The notes under the pieces: model-generated
The model's input: the letters and a program-made list of their open reading frames with translations, nothing else
Databases searched by the model: none
Told to the model about the DNA's origin: nothing
NCBI GenBank assembly: GCA_963843975.1
Contig: CAWJMG010000003.1
Coordinates: 990,001-1,022,000 of the forward strand
Direction of reading: 5' to 3'
DNA from: an uncultured Actinomycetes bacterium
Lineage (GTDB): Bacteria; Actinomycetota; Actinomycetes; S36-B12; CAIYMF01
DNA length: 32,000 nt
Translations under genes and position numbers: made by a program
Shown: piece after piece, positions 9,208 through 18,848 of the stretch
How positions within the stretch are numbered: position 1 is the first letter of the stretch
How the letters are laid out: each line of letters opens with the position of its first letter

Positions 9208-9660
9208 CTAGTGCGAGAGCTGCTCGACGTTGCGCAGGCGCGAGCAGAGGACGCGCAGCATCGGCACCGCGACCTCGGGGTGCCTGTCGAGCAGGTCCTC
9301 GAACGTCCACCGAGAGAGGGCGAACGTGGTGAGCCCGCCGACCGACGCGACGATGTCGGCGGACCTTGGGCGGCCGTCGATCAGCGAGAGCTCGCCGAAG
9401 TAGTCGCCCTCCACGAGGTGGTTCACCTGCTGGCCGTTGACGCGGACGTCGGCCCCGCCGTCGAGCACCACGTGCATCTCGACACCGGACGGCGCGAACG
9501 CCTTGAACCCCGTGACGGACTCGCCCTGCACGATGACGGTCGTGCCCTCGGCGTACTCGGCCGTGTGGCCGGCCTCGGCGATGTGGCTCAGGACCTTGTG
9601 GGACAGGCCGCGGAACAGGTCGACCTCGGCCAGCGCGGCCGTCAGCTCTCGGTTGCTCAT
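9208..9660 (-). CDS. Standalone cyclic-nucleotide-binding (CAP effector-type) domain protein
   Basis: 150 aa. Motifs are LFRGLS...GDYFGELSLIDGRPRSADIVA, the cNMP-binding beta-roll/phosphate-binding cassette. There is no attached HTH or other output domain. Confidence 0.85.
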   Translation of the reverse strand: MSNRELTAALAEVDLFRGLSHKVLSHIAEAGHTAEYAEGTTVIVQGESVTGFKAFAPSGVEMHVVLDGGADVRVNGQQVNHLVEGDYFGELSLIDGRPRSADIVASVGGLTTFALSRWTFEDLLDRHPEVAVPMLRVLCSRLRNVEQLSH

Positions 9661-9774
9661 GGGCGGAGGCTAGAGCCCGACCCGCGCACTCGTCGCGGGT
9701 TCGTACGGAATCGCAACGGGCCCGCGGCCGCGCGTCGGCCGAGCGGACCCCGTCGGCGTCCCTAGCCTGGGGCC

Positions 9775-10158
9775 ATGGCCGTCGCCCGCACCCGCAAGGC
9801 CCGCGCGTCGCGCAAGCGCCAGCGGCGGATGCGCGCGGTCGAGCACGACCTGTCCCCCGCGCAGTGGACGGCGCTGCAGGGGGCCTGGGGCGGATGCGCG
9901 TACTGCGGCGCGACCGGCGTACCCCTGCAGAAGGACTGCGTGCAGGCGCTCTCGCGCGGTGGCCGCTACACCCTCGACAACATCGCGCCGGCCTGCCGCT
10001 CGTGCAACGCCAGCAAGTGCAACGACGAGGTCACCGGCTGGATGCGCCGCAAGCGCCTCGACGAGCGCACGTTCCTGCAGCGCCACGTCGAGATCCAGAG
10101 GGAGATGCTCGAGACCTTCCCCGTCGCGAACGCCGAACCGGCGGCCGGCTCAGCCTGA
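9775..10158 (+). CDS. HNH-family nuclease-like protein (variant motif)
   Basis: 127 aa with a basic N-terminus. The motif is CAYCG...LQKDCVQALSRGGRYTLDNIAPACRSCNASK. This is the CxxC...CxxC zinc scaffold plus N and K of HNH, but the usual DH is DC. Confidence 0.72.
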   Translation: MAVARTRKARASRKRQRRMRAVEHDLSPAQWTALQGAWGGCAYCGATGVPLQKDCVQALSRGGRYTLDNIAPACRSCNASKCNDEVTGWMRRKRLDERTFLQRHVEIQREMLETFPVANAEPAAGSA

Positions 10159-10164
10159 CCCACG

Positions 10165-10214
10165 GATGTGGTAGTGCCAGGGCGTCACCAGTGACGCCCT
10201 GGCACTACCACATC
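10165..10214. terminator. Perfect 24-bp-arm palindrome between convergent genes (bidirectional terminator candidate)
   Basis: gatgtggtagtgccagggcgtcac (10165-10188), ca, gtgacgccctggcactaccacatc (10191-10214). It lies between the HNH stop (10158) and the MaoC stop (10218). Confidence 0.7.
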
Positions 10215-10217
10215 GGG

Positions 10218-10742
10218 TCAGGCGGTGAGGGGGCCGGTCTTGGCCTCGGGGAAGTAGTCCTGGCCGATGCCGGTCTCGCGCTTGGGGACCATGACCGAGC
10301 GGGTCCACGACACGATCACGTCGCCGTCCTGGTTGAGGCCGCGCGTGATCATCGTGACGATGCCGAAGCCGGGGCGGGACGAGCTCTCGCGCAGGTCGGT
10401 GCAGATGCTCTCGGCGTAGATCGTGTCGCCGATGTAGACGGGGTGCGTGAGCTTGATGGCGTCCCAGCCGAGGTTGGCCACGGCGTTCTGGCTCATGTCG
10501 ATCACCGACAGGCCGAGGACGAGCGCGACGGTGAGGCCGGAGTTCACGATGATCCGGCCGCCCGTGATCGGGTTCGACTGCGCGAGGTGCGCGTTGAAGT
10601 GGTTCTGGTTGGTGTTGCACGTGAGCTGGGTGAACCACGTGGAGTCGGCCTCGGAGATCGTGCGGCCGAAGGGGTGCTGGTAGACGTCGCCCACGACGAA
10701 GTCGTCGAAGAACCGGCCGAGCTCGGCCTTGTGCAGGGTCAT
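10218..10742 (-). CDS. MaoC-like (R)-specific enoyl-CoA hydratase / hotdog-fold dehydratase
   Basis: 174 aa. The sequence FVVGDVYQHPFGRTISEADSTWFTQLTCNTNQNHFN... is typical of MaoC dehydratase family members. AGGAGG lies upstream of the ATG. Confidence 0.85.
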   Translation of the reverse strand: MTLHKAELGRFFDDFVVGDVYQHPFGRTISEADSTWFTQLTCNTNQNHFNAHLAQSNPITGGRIIVNSGLTVALVLGLSVIDMSQNAVANLGWDAIKLTHPVYIGDTIYAESICTDLRESSSRPGFGIVTMITRGLNQDGDVIVSWTRSVMVPKRETGIGQDYFPEAKTGPLTA

Positions 10743-10830
10743 GGGGAGTCCTCCTGATCACGGTCACCGGCGCCACGATGCGCCGACGTCCCGACTGTAC
10801 GAAGACGGTGTACCGCGGCGCAGCGCAGGT

Positions 10831-11874
10831 CTACCAGCGCTGGAGCGGCGCGACCTCGGGGTGGTCCTCGCGCAGCGGTGGGACGCCGTACAGGCCCGGC
10901 GGCAGCGGGTCCGTGTGCAGCGCGAGGGCCGCGAGCATCGAGGAGGAGTCGGCGTAGGCGTCCGCGGCGAGCGTCTCGGTGTGGGCGAAGTCGAGCAGGC
11001 TGGACGTGATCTGCTCCGGTGCCGGCAGGTAGATCACCGGCAGCTCCTCGGCCACCTGCAGGTCGCGCAGAACCTGCTGGCGCGTGGCGATCTGCACTGC
11101 CTGGACGACGACGGCGATGAGGCTCTCGGCCCAGCGACCCTCCATGCCGAAGCGCCCGCAGTCGAGCACCACGACCGACTTCGCACCGCGCGCGTACGCC
11201 ACCTCGATCGGCACGTTCGACACCAGACCGCCGTCGACCAGGCGACGGCCGTCACGCTCGACCCATGGGAAGACACCGGGGATCGCGGACGACGCGAGCA
11301 ACGCCGAGCGCACGTCACCGGAGTCCATCTCGACCCTCTCGCCGGTGTCGAGGTCCGTGGCGACCGCGACGAACGGCACGGCCAGGTCCTCGATCCGGTC
11401 GACGGGCACGTGCGAGGCGAGCAGGTCGGTGAGCGGACCAGGGCTGAACAGGTACGGCCGGTTCGCCCCGGCCGCGATCGCCTGGGTCAGCACGTTGCCC
11501 GGGAAGACGTCGCGGCGCTCGATCAGCGGCCACAGCGCGGCCAGGGTGTCCGGGCCGGAGCCCGGGTCGGCGGCGATCATCACGCCGTTCAGCGAGCCGA
11601 CGCTGGTGCCGACCACGAGGTCCGGCCGCAGGTCGGTCTCGTGCAGCGCGCGGATCATGCCCATCTGCACCGCGCCGTACGCACCGCCGCCGCCGAACAC
11701 GAAGGCCAGCGGCCGCGGCAGCAGCCGCGCGAGCGACAGGGGCACCGCCACGGACGGCGGCAGCGGGGCCGGCGGATCGTCGAGGGTGTCCGGCACTCCC
11801 CCGGCCACCGCGGCCGCGCGCTGCTGGGCGCGCAGCTCGGACCGCCGCACCTTGGCCTCGCGCCTGCCCGGCAT
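10831..11874 (-). CDS. Patatin-like phospholipase
   Basis: Oxyanion GGGGAYG, nucleophile elbow GTSVG and catalytic Asp in VDGGL. I chose the ATG at 11874. The ORF stays open to 11955. Confidence 0.85.
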   Translation of the reverse strand: MPGRREAKVRRSELRAQQRAAAVAGGVPDTLDDPPAPLPPSVAVPLSLARLLPRPLAFVFGGGGAYGAVQMGMIRALHETDLRPDLVVGTSVGSLNGVMIAADPGSGPDTLAALWPLIERRDVFPGNVLTQAIAAGANRPYLFSPGPLTDLLASHVPVDRIEDLAVPFVAVATDLDTGERVEMDSGDVRSALLASSAIPGVFPWVERDGRRLVDGGLVSNVPIEVAYARGAKSVVVLDCGRFGMEGRWAESLIAVVVQAVQIATRQQVLRDLQVAEELPVIYLPAPEQITSSLLDFAHTETLAADAYADSSSMLAALALHTDPLPPGLYGVPPLREDHPEVAPLQRW

Positions 11875-11968
11875 CCCGACGTCCCTCCCGCGACGCGCGT
11901 ACGGCGTCCCCTCGATCCTCCCAGTCCGAGGGCGCGCCGGCCTGCCGACTCGCACCTAGGGTGGCCGG

Positions 11969-12760
11969 GTGGAGACCCCCGAGCTGTTCACCCTCGAGCA
12001 CGTGTCGCTCGAGATCGACGGCCGGCGCCTGCTCGACGACGTCGACGAGCACCTCCACGACGGGACGGTCACCGCCGTCTGCGGGCCGAGCGGCTCCGGG
12101 AAGTCCACGCTGCTGCGCCTGTTCAACCGCCTGACGGACCCGACCTCCGGCCGGGTGCTGTTCCGCGGCACCGACGTCCGCGACCTCGATGTCCGCACCC
12201 TGCGACGGCGGGCGGTGCTCGTGCAGCAGCGGGCGGTGGCCCTGACCGACGACGTCGCTGCCGAGGTCCGTGTCGCCGCGCCCGCCCTGACCGACGCCGA
12301 CGTGGCCGCGCTCCTGCAGCGCGTCGCGCTCGACCCGGCCGAGGTGCTCGGCCGCTCGCCGCAGAGCCTGTCCGGCGGCGAGCTCCAGCGGCTCGCGCTC
12401 GCCCGCGCCCTCGCCGTCGGCCCGGAGGTGCTCCTGCTCGACGAGCCCACCTCGGCGCTGGACCCGCGCGCGGCCGACGCCGTGGACGCCGTGATCCGCA
12501 GCATCGTCGACGACGGCCTGTCGGTGGTGCTCGTGAGCCACGACGTCGCGCGGGCCGAGCGCGTCGCCGACTCGGTGCGCGTGCTGCACGACGGCCGCGT
12601 CACCGCGCGCGGGGCCACCGGCGACATCGACCTCGTGCACGAGATGACCTCGCCGCCCGACGACGGCCACGAGCACCCTCCGGACGACCCGCGCTCCCAC
12701 GGCGCCGCGCACCGCGGCCACCTGCACGAGCCGCCCGAGACCACCTGGGAGCACGGATGA
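11969..12760 (+). CDS. ABC transporter ATP-binding protein, FetA/YbbL-like, with His-rich C-terminal tail
   Basis: GTG start. Walker A GPSGSGKST, signature LSGGELQR, Walker B LLLDEPTSALD, H-loop VSHD. The stop overlaps the permease ATG (ATGA at 12757-12760). Confidence 0.87.
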   Translation: METPELFTLEHVSLEIDGRRLLDDVDEHLHDGTVTAVCGPSGSGKSTLLRLFNRLTDPTSGRVLFRGTDVRDLDVRTLRRRAVLVQQRAVALTDDVAAEVRVAAPALTDADVAALLQRVALDPAEVLGRSPQSLSGGELQRLALARALAVGPEVLLLDEPTSALDPRAADAVDAVIRSIVDDGLSVVLVSHDVARAERVADSVRVLHDGRVTARGATGDIDLVHEMTSPPDDGHEHPPDDPRSHGAAHRGHLHEPPETTWEHG

Positions 12761-13524
12761 CCCACATCCCGAGCTGGACAGCCGTTGCTGTGTCCGGCCT
12801 GCTCGTCCTCGTCGCCGTCGGCATCGCGTCGTGGCAGCAGCTCGGGATCAGCCGGGACATGGTCGTCGCCGCCGTGCGTGCTCTCGTCCAGCTGGTCGCC
12901 GTCGGCGCGGTCCTGGCGTGGCTCTTCCTCCACGCGGGGATCCTCGGAGCCCTGGCCTGGATCGCGGGCATGACGGTCGTCGCTGCGTTCGAGTCCAGGC
13001 GCCGGGGCGCAGGCCTCCCCCGTGCGTTCCTGTCGGCGCTGCTCGGGATCGCGGTCGGCACGCTGGCGACCCTCGGCGTGCTCGTGGTGGGCGGCGTCAT
13101 CTCCACCGAGCCGCAGGTGCTCATCCCCATCGGCGGCATGGTCGTGAGCGGTGCCATGCAGGCCTCGTCGCTCACCCTCACCTCGCTGCGCCGCTCGGCG
13201 CTCGACCGGCGGCCCGCCGTCGAGGCCGCGCTGTCGCTCGGGCTGGGCCCGCGGGAGGCCTTCGCGGGCGAGATGCGCACGGCCGTGCGGACGGCGCTCG
13301 TGCCCTCGATCGACTCCACCAAGGTCGTCGGCCTCATCGCCCTGCCCGGCACGATGACCGGCCTGATCATCGCCGGCGTCGAGCCGCTCGAGGCGATCCG
13401 CTACCAGATCATCGTGATGTACATGCTGCTGGCGGCCTGGGCCGTGGCGGCCCTGGTGACGGCCCGCGCGGCGGAGCGCTGGATGTTCGACGACGCCGAG
13501 CGTCTCGTGACCGTGTCAACCTGA
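12757..13524 (+). CDS. ABC transporter permease, FetB/YbbM (UPF0014) family
   Basis: This is the last 255 codons of the 931-aa track ORF. It is a multi-TM protein, and the motif STKVVGLIALPGTMTGLIIAGVEPLEAIRYQIIVMYML is typical of YbbM/FetB. Confidence 0.85.
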   Translation: MTHIPSWTAVAVSGLLVLVAVGIASWQQLGISRDMVVAAVRALVQLVAVGAVLAWLFLHAGILGALAWIAGMTVVAAFESRRRGAGLPRAFLSALLGIAVGTLATLGVLVVGGVISTEPQVLIPIGGMVVSGAMQASSLTLTSLRRSALDRRPAVEAALSLGLGPREAFAGEMRTAVRTALVPSIDSTKVVGLIALPGTMTGLIIAGVEPLEAIRYQIIVMYMLLAAWAVAALVTARAAERWMFDDAERLVTVST

Positions 13525-13555
13525 CGACCCCTCGGGCGTCCTTTCCTGCAGGGAG

Positions 13556-13580
13556 CCCCGGCGGGAACCGATCGCCGGGG
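13556..13580 (+). terminator. Weak hairpin after the ABC operon
   Basis: ccccggcg (13556-13563), 9-nt loop, cgccgggg (13573-13580). There is no U-tract. Confidence 0.3.
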
Positions 13581-13704
13581 CGGGTCGTCGGAACGTTTCG
13601 GAGCGGTCGTTCGTGCGGGGACGGTGCGCGGAGCGCCGTCGCGGGTGACAATCGGTGCCGGTGGGGGCCCTCCCCTGCCGTACGGGTCGACCAGAGGAGA
13701 CCGA

Positions 13705-14700
13705 GTGACGATCGACGGAACGGCCACCCAGGGCCAGGCCGACCCCGGTGAGGTCTCCGAGCTGGTCCACTCGGCCGCCCGGATCCGCGCGGCCGTCGAG
13801 ACCGTGATCGAGGGCAAGGGCGAGGTCATCCGCGTCGCCCTCACCGTCCTGCTGGCCGAGGGCCACCTCCTCATCGAGGACGTGCCCGGCACCGGCAAGA
13901 CGATGCTCGCCAAGACCCTGGCGAAGTCGCTCGACTGCTCGGTGCGACGCATCCAGTTCACGCCCGACCTCCTCCCCGGCGACGTCACCGGCGTCAGCGT
14001 CTTCAACCAGGAGACGCGGGACTTCGAGTTCCGCCCCGGCGCTGTCTTCGCCAACATCGTGCTCGGCGACGAGATCAACCGCGCCTCGCCGAAGACCCAG
14101 TCCGCCCTCCTCGAGTGCATGGAGGAGCGCCAGGTCACCGTCGACGGCACGACGTACGAGCTCGCCGCGCCGTTCATGGTCATGGCCACGCAGAACCCGG
14201 TCGAGATGGAGGGCACGTACCCCCTCCCCGAGGCCCAGCGCGACCGCTTCATGGCCCGGGTGTCGATGGGCTACCCCGACACCAAGTCCGAGATGGACAT
14301 GCTCGCCGAGCACGCGGCCACCAACCCGCTCGACGTCGTGCAGCACGTCGCCGACGCCGCCGAGGTCTCGCGCCTGGTGGACGTCGTGCGCAGCATCCAC
14401 GTCGCGGCCTCGATCCGGCAGTACGCCGTCGACATCGCCAACGCGACGCGTACGCACCCCGACGTCCGCCTCGGCGCCTCCCCCCGCGCCACGCTCCACC
14501 TCGTACGCGCAGCCAAGGCCGCAGCGGCTCTCGACGACCGCGACCACGTCCTGCCGGACGACCTGCAGACGCTCGCCGGCCCCGTGCTCGCGCACCGCCT
14601 GATCCTCACGGCCGACGCCCAGATCGCCGGCCGCACCACCGAGTCGGTCGTCGCCGACGTCATCAAGCGCGTCGCGGTCCCCGCTGCGGCCCGGGCCTAG
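13705..14700 (+). CDS. moxR: MoxR-family AAA+ ATPase
   Basis: GTG at 13705 with AGAGGAGA 5 nt upstream. The ORF is open from 13624. Walker A is GVPGTGKT (DVPGTGKTMLAK) and Walker B is VLGDEINRASPKTQSALLE. Confidence 0.92.
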   Translation: MTIDGTATQGQADPGEVSELVHSAARIRAAVETVIEGKGEVIRVALTVLLAEGHLLIEDVPGTGKTMLAKTLAKSLDCSVRRIQFTPDLLPGDVTGVSVFNQETRDFEFRPGAVFANIVLGDEINRASPKTQSALLECMEERQVTVDGTTYELAAPFMVMATQNPVEMEGTYPLPEAQRDRFMARVSMGYPDTKSEMDMLAEHAATNPLDVVQHVADAAEVSRLVDVVRSIHVAASIRQYAVDIANATRTHPDVRLGASPRATLHLVRAAKAAAALDDRDHVLPDDLQTLAGPVLAHRLILTADAQIAGRTTESVVADVIKRVAVPAAARA

Positions 14701-14712
14701 CGGGTCCTGCCC

Positions 14713-15993
14713 GTGCGCGCGGCTCTGCGTCAGCTCACCGGTCGAGGGCGGTTCCTGCTCGCCCTCGGCCTGGTCGGGCTGATCGTCTCCGTCGTGCTCG
14801 GGCAGCGTGACCTGCTGCGCTTCGGCGTCCTGCTGGTCGCCCTTCCCCTGCTGTCCGCCGCACTGGTGTCGCGCACCCGATACCGCCTCGCGTCGGCGCG
14901 CGGCCTGCGCCCCACGCGCGTCACCGTCGACACACCCACGACCGCGGTCGTGCGGCTCGAGAACGTGTCGCGCCTGCCCAGCGGGCTGCTCCTGGTCGAG
15001 GACGCCGTGCCGTGGCAGCTCGGCCGCTCGCAGCGCTTCGTCATCGACCGCCTCGAGTCCGGCGGACGCCGTGACGTGCGGTACGAGCTCCGCAGCCCCG
15101 TGCGCGGCCGCTACACGGTCGGCCCGGTGAGCGTGCAGCTCGTCGACCCGTTCGGCCTGTGCCGGGCGACCCGGCAGTTCGCCACCACCGACACCCTCAC
15201 CGTGGTGCCGGCGACCGTTCCCCTCCCCGGCATCCCGCTCGGGGGCGACTGGTCCGGGCTGGGCGAGGCCCGCGCCCGCGCGGTCGCCTCCGCCGGCGAG
15301 GACGACATCATCCCGCGCGAGTACCGCATCGGCGACGACCTGCGCCGCGTGCACTGGAAGTCCACGGCCAAGAGCGGCGAGCTCATGGTCAGGCGCGAGG
15401 AGCAGCCCTGGCGCACCCGGGCCACGGTCTTCCTCGACACCCGCGCCGTCGCGCACCGCGGCGACGGACCGGCCGGCTCGTTCGAGTGGGCGGTCTCCGC
15501 CGCGGCCTCGGTGGCCGTCCACCTCGCACGGCGCGGCTACTCCGTACGCATCCTCGACGCCGACGGCACCGTGCTCACCCCTGGCGCCATCAACGAGGAG
15601 GGCTTCTCCGGCGCCGAGGCCGAGGGCCCGCTGCTCGACACCCTCGCCCTCGTGACGCTCACCGAGGGCATCGCCCACGGGGTCGGCGACGCCCGCGGCC
15701 GCTCACGCGTGCGTGACGGGCTGCTCGTCGCGATCCTCGGCGACCTGGAGCAGACCCATGCCGAGTCCGTGGCGGCCCTGCGCAGCGGCCACTCCAGCGC
15801 CGCGGCGCTGGTCCTGGACACGTCGGGCTGGGCCTCGCGGGCGACGATGCCCGAGGACGGCCGCGCGACCCGGACGGCTGCGCTCCTGGCGGCCGCCGGC
15901 TGGCGCGTCGCCGTCTGCGGTCCGTCGACCGACCTCGGCACCACCTGGACCCATCTCGCCGGCAGCGGCTCCGTGGCGGGAGGCGCGCGATGA
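14713..15993 (+). CDS. DUF58 (vWA-like) domain protein
   Basis: 426 aa with GTG start and two N-terminal TM helices. The motif REYRIGDDLRRVHWKSTAKSGELMVRREE is the DUF58 signature. The stop overlaps the next ATG (ATGA). Confidence 0.87.
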   Translation: MRAALRQLTGRGRFLLALGLVGLIVSVVLGQRDLLRFGVLLVALPLLSAALVSRTRYRLASARGLRPTRVTVDTPTTAVVRLENVSRLPSGLLLVEDAVPWQLGRSQRFVIDRLESGGRRDVRYELRSPVRGRYTVGPVSVQLVDPFGLCRATRQFATTDTLTVVPATVPLPGIPLGGDWSGLGEARARAVASAGEDDIIPREYRIGDDLRRVHWKSTAKSGELMVRREEQPWRTRATVFLDTRAVAHRGDGPAGSFEWAVSAAASVAVHLARRGYSVRILDADGTVLTPGAINEEGFSGAEAEGPLLDTLALVTLTEGIAHGVGDARGRSRVRDGLLVAILGDLEQTHAESVAALRSGHSSAAALVLDTSGWASRATMPEDGRATRTAALLAAAGWRVAVCGPSTDLGTTWTHLAGSGSVAGGAR

Positions 15994-18368
15994 GCACCAC
16001 CACGACGCGACCCGCGGTCGATCCCGCGGCCGGCGGCCCCGCCGAGGCGGCGCGCCCAGGCGGCCCGGTCCCCCGCTCGCTCACCGTGCCGGGCGTCCTC
16101 GTCCCGTCCCTCGCCGTGTGGTTCGCGGTGCTCGCCTCGGCGCTGTGCCTCGGCACGGTCTTCCAGGAGTCGGGCTGGTTCGGAGCGACGCTCCTCACGG
16201 TCACGGTCGTCGTGGGCGTCGGCGCGCTCGCCACGTGGCTGCGGGTGCCGATGGTGCTGGTGCCCGTCCTCTGCGCGCTCGGGATGTTCGCCGCGCTGAC
16301 CCTGCGCTTCGTCGAGGACGCCCCCTGGGGCTTCATCCCCACGCCGGACGCCCTCGGGCAGCTGCGCGACGTCCTCGCCACGGGCACCACCGACATCGAC
16401 CGCTTCGCGCCGCCCGTGCCGTACACCGAGGGGCTCGCCGCGGTCACCGCGCTCGGGGTCGGGAGCGTCGCGCTCGTCGTCCTCGTGCTGCAGGTCGTCC
16501 TGCGGCTCCCGGCGATCGCCGGCCTCCCCCTCGTCGCGCTGTACGTCGTCCCCGCCACGATCCTGACCGGCGGAGCACCCTGGTGGGCCTTCGTCGCGGT
16601 CGTGACCGGCTGGCTGGTGCTCCTCGTCGCGGACGAGCGGCTCACGCTGATCAGCTGGGGCCGTCTGCTCAAGCGCAGCGACAAGGTCGGCGGCACCACC
16701 GCGCTGTCCGGCCTGTCGTCCTCGGCGTTCCGGCTCGGCGCGGTCGCCGTCGTCCTCGCGCTCGTGCTGCCCGTCGTGATCCCGGGCCTCGCCGACGCCG
16801 TCATCGGCCGCACGATCACCGCTGACGGGGCAGGCGACGGCGAGGGCACGGGCGAGGAGCCCGCCTCGATCGGCCTCGACCCGATCGTCGGCCTGCAGCG
16901 CAACCTGCTCAACAACCCCGACGTCACCGTGCTGACCTACAGCAGCACCGACCCGACACCCGGCTACCTCCGGGCCGTCGTGCTCGAGCAGTTCGACGGC
17001 GACTCCTGGAAGCCGCGCAGCTTCTCGGCCGACTCCGGCTCCACCCTGCTGACGGACGGCGTCGCCTCCCTGGCCGGCCTGCCCGAGGCCGTCAAGCGGC
17101 AGGAGTACACCTACCGCCTCACCGCCGACAAGCTCGACAGCCGCTACCTCCCCCTGCCTGAGACGTCCCTCAGGGTCGGCCTCGACGGCGACTGGCTGGT
17201 CGACCAGAGCACCCTCACGGTGTTCGGCGCCGACGACGTCACCACGACGACGGGCAAGACGTGGCAGGTCGACGCGGCCGAGATCGACCCGACGCCGGCC
17301 CAGTTGCGCGCCGCACCGCCGCTCACCGGTCAGGACCGCGCCACGGTGGCCACCTCGCTGGAGATCCCCGAGTCCCTCACCCAGACCGCCCAGGAGGTCA
17401 CGAAGGGCAGCACCACGGACTTCGACGCCGCCCGCGCGCTCGAGCAGTGGTTCCACAAGGAGTTCACCTACAGCACCAACGTGAAGTCGGACTCCTCCGC
17501 GTCGTACCTCGAGCAGTTCCTGCGCGACAAGACCGGCTACTGCGAGCAGTTCTCGGCGACCATGGCGCTGATGGCGACCTCGCTCGGCATCCGCTCGCGC
17601 GTCGCGGTCGGCTACACCAGCGGCAGCCCCGTGCAGGGCCAGGACGGCCAGTGGCGGGTGTCGGGCAAGAACGCGCACGCCTGGCCCGAGCTCTTCTTCA
17701 GCGGCATCGGCTGGGTCCGCTTCGAGCCGACGCCGCCCACCGCCAGCACCGGCATCGTCGCCCCGCCGTACACCGGCGAGGGCGCCGACACCCCGACCCC
17801 CGACCCGACCTCGAGCGCCTCGGCGCTGCCCGGGGGCAACCCGCGCGACCAGGACCTCGCCAGCCGCCGCGCCGACAAGGGCTCGGTCGACCTGCCGGAG
17901 ACCAGCGGCGGGCTCCTCCGCGCCGGCGACTGGTGGCGGATCTGGGCCTTCGTCGGCGTGCTCGCGCTGCTCGTCGCCGCGGCGCTCATCCCGGCCGGGC
18001 GCCGGCTCCTGCGCCGTCGTCGGCGCCTGTCGGCCGAGGCCGACGTCGAGGACGCCTGGGCCGAGCTCCGTGACAGCGCCCTGGACGTCGGCGCCGCCTG
18101 GTCGGACGCGCGCACCCCGCGCCAGGCCGTGGCCGGCCTCGTGACCGACCAGAACCTGTCCGGACCCGCGGCCGACGCCGCGATCCGGCTCGGTCGGGCG
18201 GTCGAGCGCTCGCGCTACGCCCCGACCCCCGCCGACACCACGCTCGTGACCGACGACGTCGCCACCGTGCGCGCCGCGCTGCTGCGCCGGCTCGACCGCA
18301 GCCGCCGGCTGCGGATCACCCTGGCGCCGGCCTCGCTGCGCGCCAACCGCGGGCCTGCCACCGCCTGA
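15990..18368 (+). CDS. Transglutaminase-like membrane protein (TgpA-type: polytopic N-domain, TGase core, C-terminal TM/DUF4129-like)
   Basis: 792 aa. The catalytic Cys is in [13 protein letters not shown], followed by HAWPELFF...WVRFEPTP. Six or more N-terminal TM helices. Confidence 0.9.
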   Translation: MSTTTTRPAVDPAAGGPAEAARPGGPVPRSLTVPGVLVPSLAVWFAVLASALCLGTVFQESGWFGATLLTVTVVVGVGALATWLRVPMVLVPVLCALGMFAALTLRFVEDAPWGFIPTPDALGQLRDVLATGTTDIDRFAPPVPYTEGLAAVTALGVGSVALVVLVLQVVLRLPAIAGLPLVALYVVPATILTGGAPWWAFVAVVTGWLVLLVADERLTLISWGRLLKRSDKVGGTTALSGLSSSAFRLGAVAVVLALVLPVVIPGLADAVIGRTITADGAGDGEGTGEEPASIGLDPIVGLQRNLLNNPDVTVLTYSSTDPTPGYLRAVVLEQFDGDSWKPRSFSADSGSTLLTDGVASLAGLPEAVKRQEYTYRLTADKLDSRYLPLPETSLRVGLDGDWLVDQSTLTVFGADDVTTTTGKTWQVDAAEIDPTPAQLRAAPPLTGQDRATVATSLEIPESLTQTAQEVTKGSTTDFDAARALEQWFHKEFTYSTNVKSDSSASYLEQFLRDKTGYCEQFSATMALMATSLGIRSRVAVGYTSGSPVQGQDGQWRVSGKNAHAWPELFFSGIGWVRFEPTPPTASTGIVAPPYTGEGADTPTPDPTSSASALPGGNPRDQDLASRRADKGSVDLPETSGGLLRAGDWWRIWAFVGVLALLVAAALIPAGRRLLRRRRRLSAEADVEDAWAELRDSALDVGAAWSDARTPRQAVAGLVTDQNLSGPAADAAIRLGRAVERSRYAPTPADTTLVTDDVATVRAALLRRLDRSRRLRITLAPASLRANRGPATA

Positions 18369-18407
18369 GCACTGAGCAGGGCGTCCGTCCGGGCCCGGAG
18401 ACGACAG

Positions 18408-18437
18408 CGGCCGCGATCCCCCGAGGGATCGCGGCCG
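18408..18437. terminator. Bidirectional terminator hairpin between convergent genes
   Basis: cggccgcgatccc (18408-18420), ccga, gggatcgcggccg (18425-18437). Perfect 13-bp stem. Confidence 0.6.
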
Positions 18438-18455
18438 ATGCTGTGAGTGGGGCGG

Positions 18456-18848
18456 CTACTCGCCGTCGCCCTCGCGGCGCTTGCGGAAGCGCTCGTCCAT
18501 CTTGTCCATGAAGCTGCTCTTGGGAGCGGCGGCCTTGGCCTTCTTGCCCGAGGGGGCCGGTGCCGCGGTGGCGGCTTCGGGCTCGGCACGCAGGGTCTGG
18601 ATGACCACGAACGTGCCGCCGAGCATCGCGAGGAAGCCGACGACACCGAGCGGGATGATCGCGGTGGCCGCACCGGCAACGAGCAGGCCGACACCGCCGA
18701 GCGCGACCAGGACGCCGATGGCGGCCTTGCGACGACTGCCCGGGCGCGGGCCCGCGGAGCGCAGGCTGGAGGCGAACTTCGGGTCCTCGGCGTAGAGGGC
18801 CCGCTCCATCTGCTCGAGCAGTCGCTGCTCGTGCTCGGAGAGCGGCAC
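18456..18848 (-). CDS. DUF3040 family membrane protein
   Basis: GTG at 18848 with GAGGAGG upstream. The start [29 protein letters not shown] is followed by two TM helices, the canonical DUF3040 layout. Confidence 0.85.
   Translation of the reverse strand: MPLSEHEQRLLEQMERALYAEDPKFASSLRSAGPRPGSRRKAAIGVLVALGGVGLLVAGAATAIIPLGVVGFLAMLGGTFVVIQTLRAEPEAATAAPAPSGKKAKAAAPKSSFMDKMDERFRKRREGDGE

Noticed and set aside
10729-13524. 931-aa plus-strand ORF
   Set aside because: It is a chimera of an antisense shadow of the patatin gene, an out-of-frame read of the ABC ATPase and the real permease. Only 12757..13524 is credible.
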